From sequence record PP952733.1: a DNA stretch of 64,000 nucleotides. The stretch is one strand, 5' to 3'. The DNA comes from Escherichia phage vB_EcoM_H12. Within the stretch, counting starts at the first letter, position 1, and every line of letters begins with the position of its first letter. Positions 25,285 through 41,181 of the stretch are shown piece by piece. A program made the translations under genes and the position numbers. Below the pieces are notes generated by a model that made no database searches, was not told the DNA's origin, and saw only the letters and a list, made by a program, of their open reading frames with translations.

Positions 25285-26637
25285 ATGTGGAATCCAATTG
25301 TTAATGTAGATATTACATTGAACACCGCAGGAACTACAAGAGAAGGTTTTGGGCTGCCACTATTTTTAGCTTCAACAGATAACTTTGAAGAAAGAGTCCG
25401 TGGTTACACTTCCTTAACTGAAGTTGCTGAAGATTTCGATGAAAATTCTGCTGCATATAAGGCTGCTAAACAACTTTGGAGTCAGACTCCTAAAGTAACT
25501 CAGCTTTATATTGGTAGACGTGCTATGCAGTACACTGTATCAATTCCTGATGAGGTTACTGAGAGCACCGACTATTCTTTAACTGTAGCTGTGAGCGGTG
25601 GAGTTTCTCAGCCATTCCAGTACACTTCACAGTCAGAAGATACTGCTGAGAAGGTGCTACAGCAGCTTAAAACTCAGATTGAAGCAGAACCTTCTGTAAA
25701 AGACCTTGTTACTGTCAATGTAACTGGTGCTGGCGGTTCAGCAACAATGGTAATCACCAAAGCTGGTGTCAACGACTTCGTGAAGGTTACTACTACAGCA
25801 CAAACAGTGTCAATTGCAAGCACAACTGCTGACACAGCATCGACTGCTCTGGCAGCTATTGAAGCGTATTCAACTGACTGGTATTTCATTGCAGCAGAAG
25901 ACAGAACTCAACAGTTTGTCTTAGCAATGGCTTCTGAGATTCAAGCTCGTAAGAAGATTTTCTTTACAGCTAACTCCGATGTAGCAGCACTGCAAGGTAC
26001 AGAATTAGCGAGTGCAAATGATGTTCCAGCACAGCTTGCTAAGAATCAGTACACTCGTACAGTTTGCTTGTGGCATCACACAGCAGCAGAAGACTATCCA
26101 GAAATGGCTTATATTGCTTATGGTGCTCCGTATGATGCAGGTTCAATTGCTTGGGGTAACGCACAGTTAACTGGTGTAGCTGCTTCTCTACAGCCATCTA
26201 ATCAGAGACCTCTGACAAGTATTCAGAAGTCAGCTTTAGATGCACGTCACTGTAACTTTATTGACCTTGATGGTGGTGTTCCAGTGGTTCGTAGAGGGAT
26301 TACTTCTGGTGGGGAATGGATTGATATCATCCGTGGTGTTGACTGGTTAGAATCAGACCTGAAAACTTCTCTGAGAGACTTGCTAATTAACCAGAAGGGT
26401 GGTAAGATTACTTATGATGATACTGGTATTACCCGTATTCGTCAAGTCATTGAAACCTCTCTGCAAAGAGCAGTCAACAGAAACTTCCTGTCATCTTACA
26501 CAGTTAATGTTCCTAAAGCCTCTCAAGTTGCTTTGGCAGACAAGAAAGCTCGTATCCTGAAAGATGTTACCTTCGCAGGTATCTTGGCAGGGGCTATCTT
26601 GGATGTTGACTTGAAAGGTACAGTGGCTTACGAATAA
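25285..26637 (+). CDS. putative tail sheath protein (450 aa)
   Basis: Size and position upstream of a 148-aa tube-like protein, chaperones and tape measure; no motif. Confidence 0.45.
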   Translation: MWNPIVNVDITLNTAGTTREGFGLPLFLASTDNFEERVRGYTSLTEVAEDFDENSAAYKAAKQLWSQTPKVTQLYIGRRAMQYTVSIPDEVTESTDYSLTVAVSGGVSQPFQYTSQSEDTAEKVLQQLKTQIEAEPSVKDLVTVNVTGAGGSATMVITKAGVNDFVKVTTTAQTVSIASTTADTASTALAAIEAYSTDWYFIAAEDRTQQFVLAMASEIQARKKIFFTANSDVAALQGTELASANDVPAQLAKNQYTRTVCLWHHTAAEDYPEMAYIAYGAPYDAGSIAWGNAQLTGVAASLQPSNQRPLTSIQKSALDARHCNFIDLDGGVPVVRRGITSGGEWIDIIRGVDWLESDLKTSLRDLLINQKGGKITYDDTGITRIRQVIETSLQRAVNRNFLSSYTVNVPKASQVALADKKARILKDVTFAGILAGAILDVDLKGTVAYE

Positions 26638-26652
26638 TAGAGGTAAATTGGA

Positions 26653-27099
26653 ATGGCTATGTATCAGCAATATTCCCCTAAAGACGTTGTGTGTAGCTGG
26701 AATGGTATTGCCATTGAAGGCTTTGCCCCAGACTCATTCTTACGTCTACAGAGAACATCACCACTTGTGACACCAGTTGTAGGTGCAGGTGGTCAGGTTG
26801 CTCTGACAAGAAATGCAGACAAGACAGGTACTATTGAGATTGAGCTAATGCAGACTTCTCTCTCTAATCAGATGCTTTCTGCAATTCAAGCTAAACAAGA
26901 CAATATGGAACTTGAAGAAGATATCTCTTCTAACTTCGTAATCTACGACCCATCAGGCTCTGTTCTGGCAACTGGTATTAATGCTTGGTTGCAGGAATTA
27001 CCACAGATTGAACTTGGTCGTGACCAGAACTCTAAAACTTGGATTTTTGGTTGTGAGAAGCTAGACTACACTTCTACAATTCCAGCGTCAAGTGTTTAA
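26653..27099 (+). CDS. putative tail tube protein (148 aa)
   Basis: Size and position; followed by a strong terminator-like hairpin. Confidence 0.45.
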   Translation: MAMYQQYSPKDVVCSWNGIAIEGFAPDSFLRLQRTSPLVTPVVGAGGQVALTRNADKTGTIEIELMQTSLSNQMLSAIQAKQDNMELEEDISSNFVIYDPSGSVLATGINAWLQELPQIELGRDQNSKTWIFGCEKLDYTSTIPASSV

Positions 27100-27111
27100 T
27101 AAATCCTATAA

Positions 27112-27144
27112 GGGGGAGACTTTAAAAGGTCTTCCCCTTTTTTG
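27112..27144 (+). terminator. Rho-independent terminator after putative tail tube gene
   Basis: GGGGGAGAC-TTTAAAAG-GTCTTCCCC hairpin followed by TTTTTTG. Confidence 0.65.
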
Positions 27145-27172
27145 TTTCTTTTAAAAGTATTAAGGAATCACA

Positions 27173-27571
27173 ATGAAAACAGAATCTAGAGTAATTAATG
27201 GTAAGAAAGTAAATATCGTTCTGCTTGGGGCAAGAGATGGTATTAAGATGTCTATGAAGTTGGGTAAAATTGTTGTTCCAACATTTGCACAGATGCTGTC
27301 AAGCCTGACTGATAAAGATAAGAAAGAAGCTCCAATGGTTCCATTTAAAGAACTTGTTGAAGCTTGTTTTGACAGAATTGAAGAAATTAACCTTGAAGAA
27401 ATGGCTACCCTGTTATTTCAAGGGGCAACTGTTGATGACTTCCCACTTAATATTGATACATACTTCCAAGCAAACTATGGTGAATTTATTGATTACTTAG
27501 TATTTGCGCTGGAGGCAAACTTCGGAAGTTTTTTCGAAGCAAGCATTTTCAAAAGCCTAACTTCTCAGTAA
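27173..27571 (+). CDS. tail assembly chaperone (132 aa)
   Basis: Position upstream of tape measure; slippery heptamer near 3' end. Confidence 0.55.
   Translation: MKTESRVINGKKVNIVLLGARDGIKMSMKLGKIVVPTFAQMLSSLTDKDKKEAPMVPFKELVEACFDRIEEINLEEMATLLFQGATVDDFPLNIDTYFQANYGEFIDYLVFALEANFGSFFEASIFKSLTSQ
27529..27535 (+). other. Candidate -1 frameshift slippery heptamer T_TTT_TTC
   Basis: X_XXY_YYZ heptamer aligned to the zero frame; the -1 frame runs without a stop into the downstream 79-aa ORF. Confidence 0.5.
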
Positions 27572-27573
27572 AC

Positions 27574-27812
27574 ATGGGTAACACTCTACAGACACCACTG
27601 ACTGATGCTGCTGTAGAGGCAACCTATGAAGAAGCAGACGAGATGAAATTTGTGCTTGCTATTTATGGTATGGAAGGGTGTAAAGAAACACTTGACCAAC
27701 TCTTTGCTATGACATTCTCTGATTTATTATCATTGAGACAATTTCTTGAGATTCAGAGGTCGTATAAAGAGGAAATTGCTTACAACGAACTTAGAAGAGC
27801 AGGAAAAATGTA

Positions 27813-27813
<1 letters not shown>
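27574..27813 (+). CDS. tail assembly chaperone frameshift extension (79 aa ORF in -1 frame)
   Basis: In -1 frame relative to 27173..27571 and abutting tape measure start. Confidence 0.45.
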
Positions 27814-33197
<5,384 letters not shown>

Positions 33198-33198
<1 letters not shown>

Positions 33199-34667
33199 TG
33201 GCAGGATTAACTACAACAGGATTACAAACTCTAAGATATCAGGAGATTTTTGATAATATCAAATCAAGACTTCTTAGAGATATTTCACCCAATCTTGACG
33301 TTTCTGAAGATAGTCAATTAGGACTCTTCCTAGCTTCAATTGCAAGGTCTTTAGCAGATACTCATGAGATTCTATCAGAAATCTACGATGGTGGGACAAT
33401 TGATAAAGCTGAAGGTTTTAACCTTGACGACATTACAGCTTTGAACGCGGTGTATAGGTATGTTGCTCAGGCAACAAGAGGTCAGGTTGAGTTTACTGGA
33501 ACAACTGGTGCTACCATTCCTTCAACAACAAGATTAAGAAGTACTGCCGGAAACATCTTTTATCCAGTTAATAACATTACCCTTACTCCATCATATTGTG
33601 TTGAAGCTATCCTTGAAGTTAACTCTTTACGAACTGATGCAGATTATGTTATTATTATTGATAACGTCATTTTCTCATATAAACCAACCTCATTAGACAC
33701 AATCACCACGCTGCTAACAAAATTAGCAGAAGCTATTAATGGTGGTATTGTAGCAAAAGCAGAAGTCATTAATGATGGAGCCGCACTAAGAGTCTATAAA
33801 GACGAGGGTGATATCATTGCAAGAACAAACCCTATGGTTGTCACTGCAACAACGTTTCTGACCTTTACAAAAATTACAACTATTTCAGATGTAGTAGCTG
33901 AAGAGGTTGGTGCTACCCCTGCTTTGGCTGGTACGCTTATTGAGATTGAGACAACTGTTGATGGTCTTGACAGTATTTATAACAGGTATGATTTAACAAC
34001 TGGTAGAAACGAAGAAACTGACACAGAACTTAGACAGAGATATTTAGAATCTTTAGCAGTTACTGGTGTAGGGACTTTGGATGCAATTGTAGCTGCTGTT
34101 AAAAGAGTTCAAGGTGTCTCAGATGCTTCAGGTGTTGAAAATGATACTGAAGAGACAAGCTCAGAAGGTCTTCCACCAAAATCTTTTAAGATTGTTGTGG
34201 TTGGTGGTCAAAATGATAATGTTGCTCAAGCAATCTGGGATACAAAACCTGCTGGTATTAGGGCTTATGGCTCAATTTTTGGTACAGCCCATGATTTAGG
34301 TGGTTTGGCACATAATATTTATTTTAGCAGACCAACACCAAAATACGCATTTGTTAAAGTCTCTTACTCTTTATATGATGAAGAAAGCTTGACAATCCCT
34401 GAAGAGGATATCAGAGACAGCATTGTACAAGGTATTAATGCTTATGGAAGAACTCTTAAGGTTGGTAATGATGTTATCCCTAACAGAATCTATGGATATA
34501 TCTATGACGTGATTAAAGGTATTGAGATTAATGAGGTTAAAGTAGCCTTATCAAACAGCCAATCAGTCCCACCTAGTGACGGGCAGTATACTACAGCAAG
34601 AATTACTGTTGACGGTGACCAATATACTGTTTGGGAAAGCAGCCAGTATACCATCACTAAGGAGTAA
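33198..34667 (+). CDS. putative baseplate J-like protein (489 aa)
   Basis: Size and position. Confidence 0.45.
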
Positions 34668-34669
34668 TA

Positions 34670-35524
34670 ATGTTTGAAAAGATTGATAGTGTTTATTACA
34701 AAACACTTGATGAAAGGACTGTAACACAGTTTAAAGATAAATTTATCTATACAAGTATCTTGAAAGCAATCACTGATGAATTACAAACTCTAGAGGATGT
34801 TTGCTGGCAGATGCACACAGAGAGAAATATCAGGACGTCAGTAGGCCAACAACTTGATAACATTGGCTCACTGATTAAAGTTCCTAGACCTTTAGGTGCA
34901 GATGATGAAACATATAGGGCTATGCTTTATATTCAAATCTTCCTAAGACGCTCTGACACCACCCCAACATTCTTGCAAAAAGCAATTATGACGCTATACG
35001 GTGCAACTTTCTCTCAGATTTTTGAGCATATTACTCCTAAGATTGGTGGTATCGTTATCCGTATCAACACTAGAAAAAGCGTTCTAGATGCTGCATATAC
35101 ACTATCAAAGATTTCTGCAACAACTACTGGCTCCGCTGTTATCTTAAGAGATGTTACTTTAAATGGGACTGCTTGGACACCTGTAGAGGTTGCTGATTCA
35201 TCACTTGCTATTGTTGATGATAAAGAGAACTGGTTTGTAACTGATGCTAACAGGGGTCTTGTCACAAATAACACTGGTGGCTCTCTGGAGTCCAACTTAG
35301 TAGGTAGTCTTGCAGATGCTGGTGTTATTGATGGTTACTTTAGGGTTGACAGAACAGCAAACTCACAGAGTGATGATTATATGACTGTAGATAGGTCCAA
35401 TAATAGTGGCTATTTCATCGTTGGTAAAGAAGCTATTGCAGGTGGTGCATATGGAATCATGGCTGAGGTTGCACAAATTGTCAAAGGCAGAAAAGATAAA
35501 TCACAACAAGAAGGAAATTCTTAA
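34670..35524 (+). CDS. putative baseplate or tail-fiber-associated protein (284 aa)
   Basis: Position upstream of tail fibers. Confidence 0.4.
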   Translation: MFEKIDSVYYKTLDERTVTQFKDKFIYTSILKAITDELQTLEDVCWQMHTERNIRTSVGQQLDNIGSLIKVPRPLGADDETYRAMLYIQIFLRRSDTTPTFLQKAIMTLYGATFSQIFEHITPKIGGIVIRINTRKSVLDAAYTLSKISATTTGSAVILRDVTLNGTAWTPVEVADSSLAIVDDKENWFVTDANRGLVTNNTGGSLESNLVGSLADAGVIDGYFRVDRTANSQSDDYMTVDRSNNSGYFIVGKEAIAGGAYGIMAEVAQIVKGRKDKSQQEGNS

Positions 35525-35826
35525 TGGCAGTTTTAAATTGGTCTACAAATGAAGTAGATACTGATGGTAACCAGTTAAAAGTTTTACCACCACCGGAAGT
35601 TCAAGAGACAGGTCTTTTAAAGGGTGAACCTATGGGTAGACAGTGGTTCAACTATATTATCAACTACCTGCTTAATAAAGTAAACGGCACTGTTGGTGAA
35701 GTTCGCTCATATGCAACTCAGCAACCAGATTTAGTAGCCAATGGCTGGAAACTAATTAAGTCTGAGACAGGGACTGCAACAACAAGTACAAAGAACCTTT
35801 ACACATATGAATATGTAGGAGCTTAA
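35524..35826 (+). CDS. small tail protein (100 aa)
   Basis: Position. Confidence 0.4.
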   Translation: MAVLNWSTNEVDTDGNQLKVLPPPEVQETGLLKGEPMGRQWFNYIINYLLNKVNGTVGEVRSYATQQPDLVANGWKLIKSETGTATTSTKNLYTYEYVGA

Positions 35827-35828
35827 TA

Positions 35829-37004
35829 ATGGCAGTCGGTGAAATTCAAATTAGTGCCTTGCCACAAGCGGCATTACCTGTTGATTTAAGTGATATCTTC
35901 CATCTTAAGCAAGGTGTTGAGGATAAAAGATGTACGCTTGAACAGTTGTTAGCACCTCACGCATCTTTGAGGAATAATCCTCATGGTGTAACCAAATCGC
36001 AAGTGGGTCTTGATAATGTTATTAACTCTCTTCAATTAGTTGCAGCTAATAACTTGTCAGACATTGTGAATGTTGCTGAGGCAAGAGCAAATCTACAAAT
36101 TATGTCGTCAGAGGAAGTGAATAACTTAATTCAGCAACATATTGACGACAAAAGTAACCCACACAATACAACGAAAGCACAGGTCGGTTTAAGTAATGTT
36201 CAGAACTGGACAACATCTAATCTGTACAACGAAGATGCTGATAAGTACGCCACCGCGAGAGCAGTGAATAATTTATACAAAGCTATTCAAGCATCATATC
36301 CAGTAGGGACTATTCATCTATCTGTTAACTCTGCCAACCCATCCACTTACTTGCTTTGTGGAGGTACTTGGGAGTTAGTTTCTAAAGGTAGAGCACTAGT
36401 TGGTTACGATACAGATTCTAGACCTGTTGGTTCAATGTTTGGTTCTCAGACTGTAGCATTAACGAATAATAATTTACCAGCACACACACACTCTATCTAT
36501 CTAACAGGTGGTGGTCATACACACTCTGCAAGTGTATCTATCTCTAGTTTTGATTATGGTTCAAAGAGTACATCAACTTTTGACTACGGTACAAAAACGA
36601 CTAATAGTGCTGGTGCTCATACTCACACGTTTAGTGGTACAACAAGTAATGCTGGTAACCACAACCACAGAGTACCTATGAGGGGTAATGATAGGGGTGG
36701 TACAAATGCTATTACTGCATCTGCTGATGCTGGTGTTGGTAATGCTATGTATACTGATTTAGCTGGTGCTCACACCCATAGCTTCTCAGGCACAACTGCA
36801 TCATCTGGTGCTCATAGCCATACTCTTGCAATTGGTGCTCACAGCCACACTGTTAATATTGGTTCACACAGTCATACGGGCACTGTTACTGTTTCTAGCT
36901 CTGAGCATACACACTCAGGGACATCTGGTTCTGTTGGTGGTGGTCAAGCTTTCAGTGTTGAGCAACCATCTTTTGTAGTATATGTGTGGCAGAGAACAGC
37001 TTAA
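35829..37004 (+). CDS. tail fiber protein with His-rich repeat tip
   Basis: Repeated PHxxTKxQVGLxNV motifs and C-terminal GAHTHxFSGTT / GAHSHT repeats; C-terminus related to 37051..39600. Confidence 0.7.
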   Translation: MAVGEIQISALPQAALPVDLSDIFHLKQGVEDKRCTLEQLLAPHASLRNNPHGVTKSQVGLDNVINSLQLVAANNLSDIVNVAEARANLQIMSSEEVNNLIQQHIDDKSNPHNTTKAQVGLSNVQNWTTSNLYNEDADKYATARAVNNLYKAIQASYPVGTIHLSVNSANPSTYLLCGGTWELVSKGRALVGYDTDSRPVGSMFGSQTVALTNNNLPAHTHSIYLTGGGHTHSASVSISSFDYGSKSTSTFDYGTKTTNSAGAHTHTFSGTTSNAGNHNHRVPMRGNDRGGTNAITASADAGVGNAMYTDLAGAHTHSFSGTTASSGAHSHTLAIGAHSHTVNIGSHSHTGTVTVSSSEHTHSGTSGSVGGGQAFSVEQPSFVVYVWQRTA

Positions 37005-37013
37005 TTTCTTTAC

Positions 37014-37034
37014 AGGGGCTTTGTAGCCCCTTTT
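37014..37034 (+). terminator. Terminator-like hairpin between the two tail fiber genes
   Basis: GGGGCT-TTGT-AGCCCC followed by TTTT. Confidence 0.55.
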
Positions 37035-37050
37035 AAGAGGAAAATTTATA

Positions 37051-39600
37051 ATGGCAGATTACAAATTGAGTCAATTAAACTCAATCGACACAATTCGTTC
37101 AGAAGACCTATTGCACATCAGAGTTAAGAAAAGACCTGAAATGTTGGGTGACGAAGACCGTAGAATGACCTATCAAGACTTCTTAGCTTCCTTCAAACTA
37201 GAAAGGTTTGTTCAGATTGCTGGGAGTACTATGGTTGGGGATTTAGGTATTGTCAAGTTACTTTACGGTGGTAAGGCAGTATTTGACCCAACAGGCTCTT
37301 CTGAGATTACTATTGGGGATATTTTAAAGTCTTTTAAAATTAACTCAAATGGGCTTAAACTCACTATTGCAGATGCCACAAGGTCGGCAACTGTTTATCA
37401 TACTTTGAATAAACCAAGCCCTAATGAACTTGGTATGAGAACTAATGAAGAGAATGATGCAAGATATGCAAGGCTTGCTGTTACAAACACATTCTCTGGG
37501 ACTCAGAACATTCAAGGTGATGCTAACTTACTTCGCCTTAGAAACCGAAATGCAAACAATGCACAATACATTGAAGGTGTAAACCCAGATGGTTCAGCTA
37601 GATGGTGGGTTGGTATTGGTAGCAATGGTTCTGACGAAGTAAAACTGTACAATAACAAATACAACTCAGTCTTGACTGTTGCAAGTAATATCTCTGTTAA
37701 TAAGTCTTTAGCAATCACTGGACAAGTCCAACCTTCAGATTTCTCTAACTTAGATGCTAGATACTTTACTCAGACAGTTGCTAATCAGAGATTTGCACAG
37801 TTAGCTGGTAATAACACTTTTACAGGTGCTAACACATTTAGGACTATGAGTGTTATTTCAAATGCTGCTGCTATCACACTGCAATGTGCATCAGCAAACG
37901 AATCCCTGTATCTACTTGCAAAAGATTATGAAGGTGGAAACTTATGGTATCTCGGTAAAGGTAGTTCAGGTGCTGGTGTAACTATCTACAACTATACCAC
38001 TAACACCTCTTTGGTCTTAGATGCTGCTGGAGTATCAGCAAATAAAAATGTCAGAATCACTGGACAAGTTCAACCTTCAGATTGGGCTAACATTGACTCT
38101 AGATATATTCCGGCAGCAACATTAAGTACAATTGCAAGAACTAATGCAAGGAATACTTTTAATGGTGTACAGACAGTTGTTACGGATAATGAAGGTCTGA
38201 TTGTTAAAAACTCTACTCAGAATAGACCATTATATATTCGTGGTGTGGACACTACTAATGTATCAAGATGGTGGATTGGTGTTGGTGGTGCTGATACGAA
38301 TGATGTTACCCTAAATAACAGTTATTCTGGAACCCAATTGGTTCTCGGAAATACAACATCATACATTAACAAAACATTGACTATTGCTGGACAAGTTCAA
38401 CCTTCAGATTTTTCTAACTTAGATGCTAGATACTTTACGCAAAGTGCTAGTGATAGCAGATACCTAAGAATCAGAAGCACTAGCTTCAATGTGGGAAACA
38501 CTGATAAGTGGGCTAAAATTGCCACTGTTGTGATGCCACAATCAGCATCAACTGCTGTTATTGAGGTATTTGGTGGGTCAGGTTTTAATATTAATACACC
38601 ACAACAAGCAGGTAAATGTGAAATTGTTCTGCGAACTTCAAATAACAATCCAAAGGGCTTAAATGTTGTTGCTTGGAGAACATCAGACAACACCATTGTC
38701 AGGGATATTGGTTATGTGAATACTTCTGGAGACACCTATGATATTTACTATCTTGCTGGTACGTATCAAAACAGCACAACGACAAGGGTTCAGTCTTCTA
38801 GTAATGCAAGTGTACAGTTGTTTGAAGTCCCACAGACATTTGATGATGCTCCACAAGGTATTGTGAAGGGTACAATTGCAAAATACTACACAAGTTTGCA
38901 AAAACCAACCCCTTCAGAAATTGGTGCATACACTAAAGCAGAGACTGACCAGAAGATTGCAGAAGCAATTAGTGACTCTACAGACCTGAATAAAATCTAT
39001 CCAGTAGGTATTGTGACGTGGTTTAATAGTAATGTTAACCCTAATACAGCACTTCCTGGTCTAACTTGGACGTACCTGAATAATGGTGTTGGCAGAACTA
39101 TTAGAATTGCAGCAGCAAATGGTTCAGATGTTGCTACAACTGGTGGTTCAGACTCTGTAACGTTATCTGTTGGTAACTTGCCTTCACACACGCATAGTTT
39201 CTCTGCTACTACTTCATCATTTGATTATGGTACTAAGACTTCTAGTACAACTGGTAACCATAACCATAACAGAGGGACTATGGAGATTACTGGTACAGTA
39301 GGTTACTTTAGAAGTGACTCTAGCAGCTTCTACACAGCAAGTGGTGCATTTACACTTGGTAGCTCAACTGCTTCTAAAGGCTTTACTGGTTCTCACTTCA
39401 CTTATGGTATCCCTGCTAACTTCAATGCGTCAAGAACTTGGTCTGGTGTAACTAACACAACTGGTAACCACAGCCACACTGTTGGTATTGGTGCTCACAG
39501 CCACACAGTTAGTGGTAACACAGGTGGTACTGGTTCTGGTTCAGCATTTAGTGTTACTAACCAGTTCTACAAGTTAATGGCTTGGGTGAGAACTGCTTAA
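37051..39600 (+). CDS. large tail fiber protein (849 aa) with His-rich repeat tip
   Basis: Repeated QVQPSD(F/W)(S/A)N(L/I)D(A/S)RY modules; C-terminal LPSHTHSFS and GNHSHTVGIGAHSHT repeats. Confidence 0.7.
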   Translation: MADYKLSQLNSIDTIRSEDLLHIRVKKRPEMLGDEDRRMTYQDFLASFKLERFVQIAGSTMVGDLGIVKLLYGGKAVFDPTGSSEITIGDILKSFKINSNGLKLTIADATRSATVYHTLNKPSPNELGMRTNEENDARYARLAVTNTFSGTQNIQGDANLLRLRNRNANNAQYIEGVNPDGSARWWVGIGSNGSDEVKLYNNKYNSVLTVASNISVNKSLAITGQVQPSDFSNLDARYFTQTVANQRFAQLAGNNTFTGANTFRTMSVISNAAAITLQCASANESLYLLAKDYEGGNLWYLGKGSSGAGVTIYNYTTNTSLVLDAAGVSANKNVRITGQVQPSDWANIDSRYIPAATLSTIARTNARNTFNGVQTVVTDNEGLIVKNSTQNRPLYIRGVDTTNVSRWWIGVGGADTNDVTLNNSYSGTQLVLGNTTSYINKTLTIAGQVQPSDFSNLDARYFTQSASDSRYLRIRSTSFNVGNTDKWAKIATVVMPQSASTAVIEVFGGSGFNINTPQQAGKCEIVLRTSNNNPKGLNVVAWRTSDNTIVRDIGYVNTSGDTYDIYYLAGTYQNSTTTRVQSSSNASVQLFEVPQTFDDAPQGIVKGTIAKYYTSLQKPTPSEIGAYTKAETDQKIAEAISDSTDLNKIYPVGIVTWFNSNVNPNTALPGLTWTYLNNGVGRTIRIAAANGSDVATTGGSDSVTLSVGNLPSHTHSFSATTSSFDYGTKTSSTTGNHNHNRGTMEITGTVGYFRSDSSSFYTASGAFTLGSSTASKGFTGSHFTYGIPANFNASRTWSGVTNTTGNHSHTVGIGAHSHTVSGNTGGTGSGSAFSVTNQFYKLMAWVRTA

Positions 39601-39679
39601 TCACTTGTTGACTGATTGTTAAGATGGTGTTAATATTCTTTATGGGTATTCTCACCATCTTGGCTGATGAGGTGATTAA

Positions 39680-39877
39680 ATGCCTACAATCCTAGCAATT
39701 CTTCTAAAAAATCTAGGTAGCTTCTTCTGGAAACTCATTTTATCCCTTCTAAGTGAATACATGATTGAGAAAGTGTTCTTTAAGCTTGCAAGATATCTTG
39801 CGAGTAAGACAGATACACCTATTGATGATGAGTTCGTAGATAACTTAGAAAAAGCTTTTAAGGGGGAGAATAAATGA
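39680..39877 (+). CDS. small membrane protein (65 aa), holin-like candidate
   Basis: N-terminal hydrophobic helix; last genes of late operon. Confidence 0.35.
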   Translation: MPTILAILLKNLGSFFWKLILSLLSEYMIEKVFFKLARYLASKTDTPIDDEFVDNLEKAFKGENK

Positions 39878-40245
39878 AGTGGCTAGAGGAAGCTTTTAAA
39901 AATAATATTGGTGCAATTGTAGTTGGTATTTTTAGTGTTATTGGGATGTATACCACCATGCAAGTTTCGGATGGTAAGCAAGAAGTGTCTGTCACAACAA
40001 AGTTACAGCAGCTAGATAATTATAGCAAATCTAATTACTCAGCTATTCGTGATTTACAGTCTGACATGAGACTGATTCAGCTAGGGATGGAGAACCAGAA
40101 AGTTCAGTTAGAGAATGTTAAGGGTGAGAACGCAAAACTTACTAAAACTCTGGACAAATTCTCTGACAGTGTGAACAATCTGGCTCAATCAGTATCAGCC
40201 TTGCAAGCTATTACTGAAAAGAACACAAAGAATACTGAAAAATAA
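39874..40245 (+). CDS. membrane-anchored coiled-coil protein (123 aa)
   Basis: N-terminal hydrophobic helix (IGAIVVGIFSVIGMY) then helical region. Confidence 0.4.
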   Translation: MKWLEEAFKNNIGAIVVGIFSVIGMYTTMQVSDGKQEVSVTTKLQQLDNYSKSNYSAIRDLQSDMRLIQLGMENQKVQLENVKGENAKLTKTLDKFSDSVNNLAQSVSALQAITEKNTKNTEK

Positions 40246-40252
40246 AATTTAA

Positions 40253-40277
40253 GGCTCCTTTTTACGGGAGCCTTTTT
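40253..40277. terminator. Terminator hairpin at convergent junction
   Basis: GGCTCC-loop-GGAGCC followed by TTTTT on plus strand and A-rich tract upstream; between convergent late and thyA blocks. Confidence 0.6.
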
Positions 40278-40280
40278 GTT

Positions 40281-41180
40281 TTACTTGCCTACTGACAGAG
40301 GTGCTTCAATCTTACCTGCATGTTGGTAGTTATTAATCCCACCAATAAAATCACTTGCTGTAAGATGTTTTAAGTCACTTAAAGTGTTAAGTGGAATACC
40401 AATCTCAAAAGTTGGTGCATGGAACTCTTCATTGTTCATCAGTTCATAAACCTGCTTCATATGGTTCTGATAAATCTGAGTATCTCCAAAGACACCTATC
40501 AAGTACCGTGGAGTGTATCCAGTCATCTTACAAAGAACTTCCAGAATAAAACCGTAAGATGCAATATTAAACGGAAGTCCTAAAAAGGTGTCTACTGAAC
40601 GCTGATACCATTGTAAGTCAACTTCACCCTCGTTAGTGATATAAATCTGAAACAGAACATGACAAGGTGCTAAAGCCATCGAGTTTGCTGCAATATCTGC
40701 TGCATTCCAAGCATTAACAAGCATGTAACGGTCTGTGATATCACCCTTCATCTTCGTTACTAAGGTCTCTAGTTGGTCTACAACACAACCATTATGACCT
40801 TCAAAGTTTCTCCACTGAACCCCATAGATTCTTCCACCTGCATCCTCTAACCAATCTTGTTCAGAAGAATAATTAGAGCTTAACCAGCGTTTAAAATCAT
40901 CTGACCAGATAGTCCAGCGTTCCCCATCATTTTCACCCCAAGTGCGGTAACGGAGTTCACCCAGCTTATTCTCACCGTTCAGGAACCATAAAGCTTCACC
41001 GATAACTTGTCGTGTAAACACCTGTTTAGATGTTAAGAGTGGGAAACCAGTTCGCATATCAAAACGAAACTGAGGTGGAGCAAATGCAGAGATAACATCA
41101 CCAGTTCGTGTAGTACGCAGTTCACCAACGGATAAAACATGGTTCAGGATATTTTTGTAACTTGTATCTGCTTGTGACAT
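40281..41180 (-). CDS. thyA: thymidylate synthase (ThyA family)
   Basis: LAPCHVLFQ with catalytic Cys, QRSVDTFLGLPFNIASY with dUMP-specifying Asn; DHFR gene adjacent. Confidence 0.85.
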   Translation of the reverse strand: MSQADTSYKNILNHVLSVGELRTTRTGDVISAFAPPQFRFDMRTGFPLLTSKQVFTRQVIGEALWFLNGENKLGELRYRTWGENDGERWTIWSDDFKRWLSSNYSSEQDWLEDAGGRIYGVQWRNFEGHNGCVVDQLETLVTKMKGDITDRYMLVNAWNAADIAANSMALAPCHVLFQIYITNEGEVDLQWYQRSVDTFLGLPFNIASYGFILEVLCKMTGYTPRYLIGVFGDTQIYQNHMKQVYELMNNEEFHAPTFEIGIPLNTLSDLKHLTASDFIGGINNYQHAGKIEAPLSVGK

Positions 41181-41181
41181 A

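Noticed and set aside
40281-41180. dUMP or dCMP hydroxymethylase instead of thymidylate synthase
   Set aside because: Active-site and dUMP-specifying motifs match ThyA, and the adjacent DHFR gene fits a folate-oxidising synthase; hydroxymethylase cannot be fully excluded without a profile search
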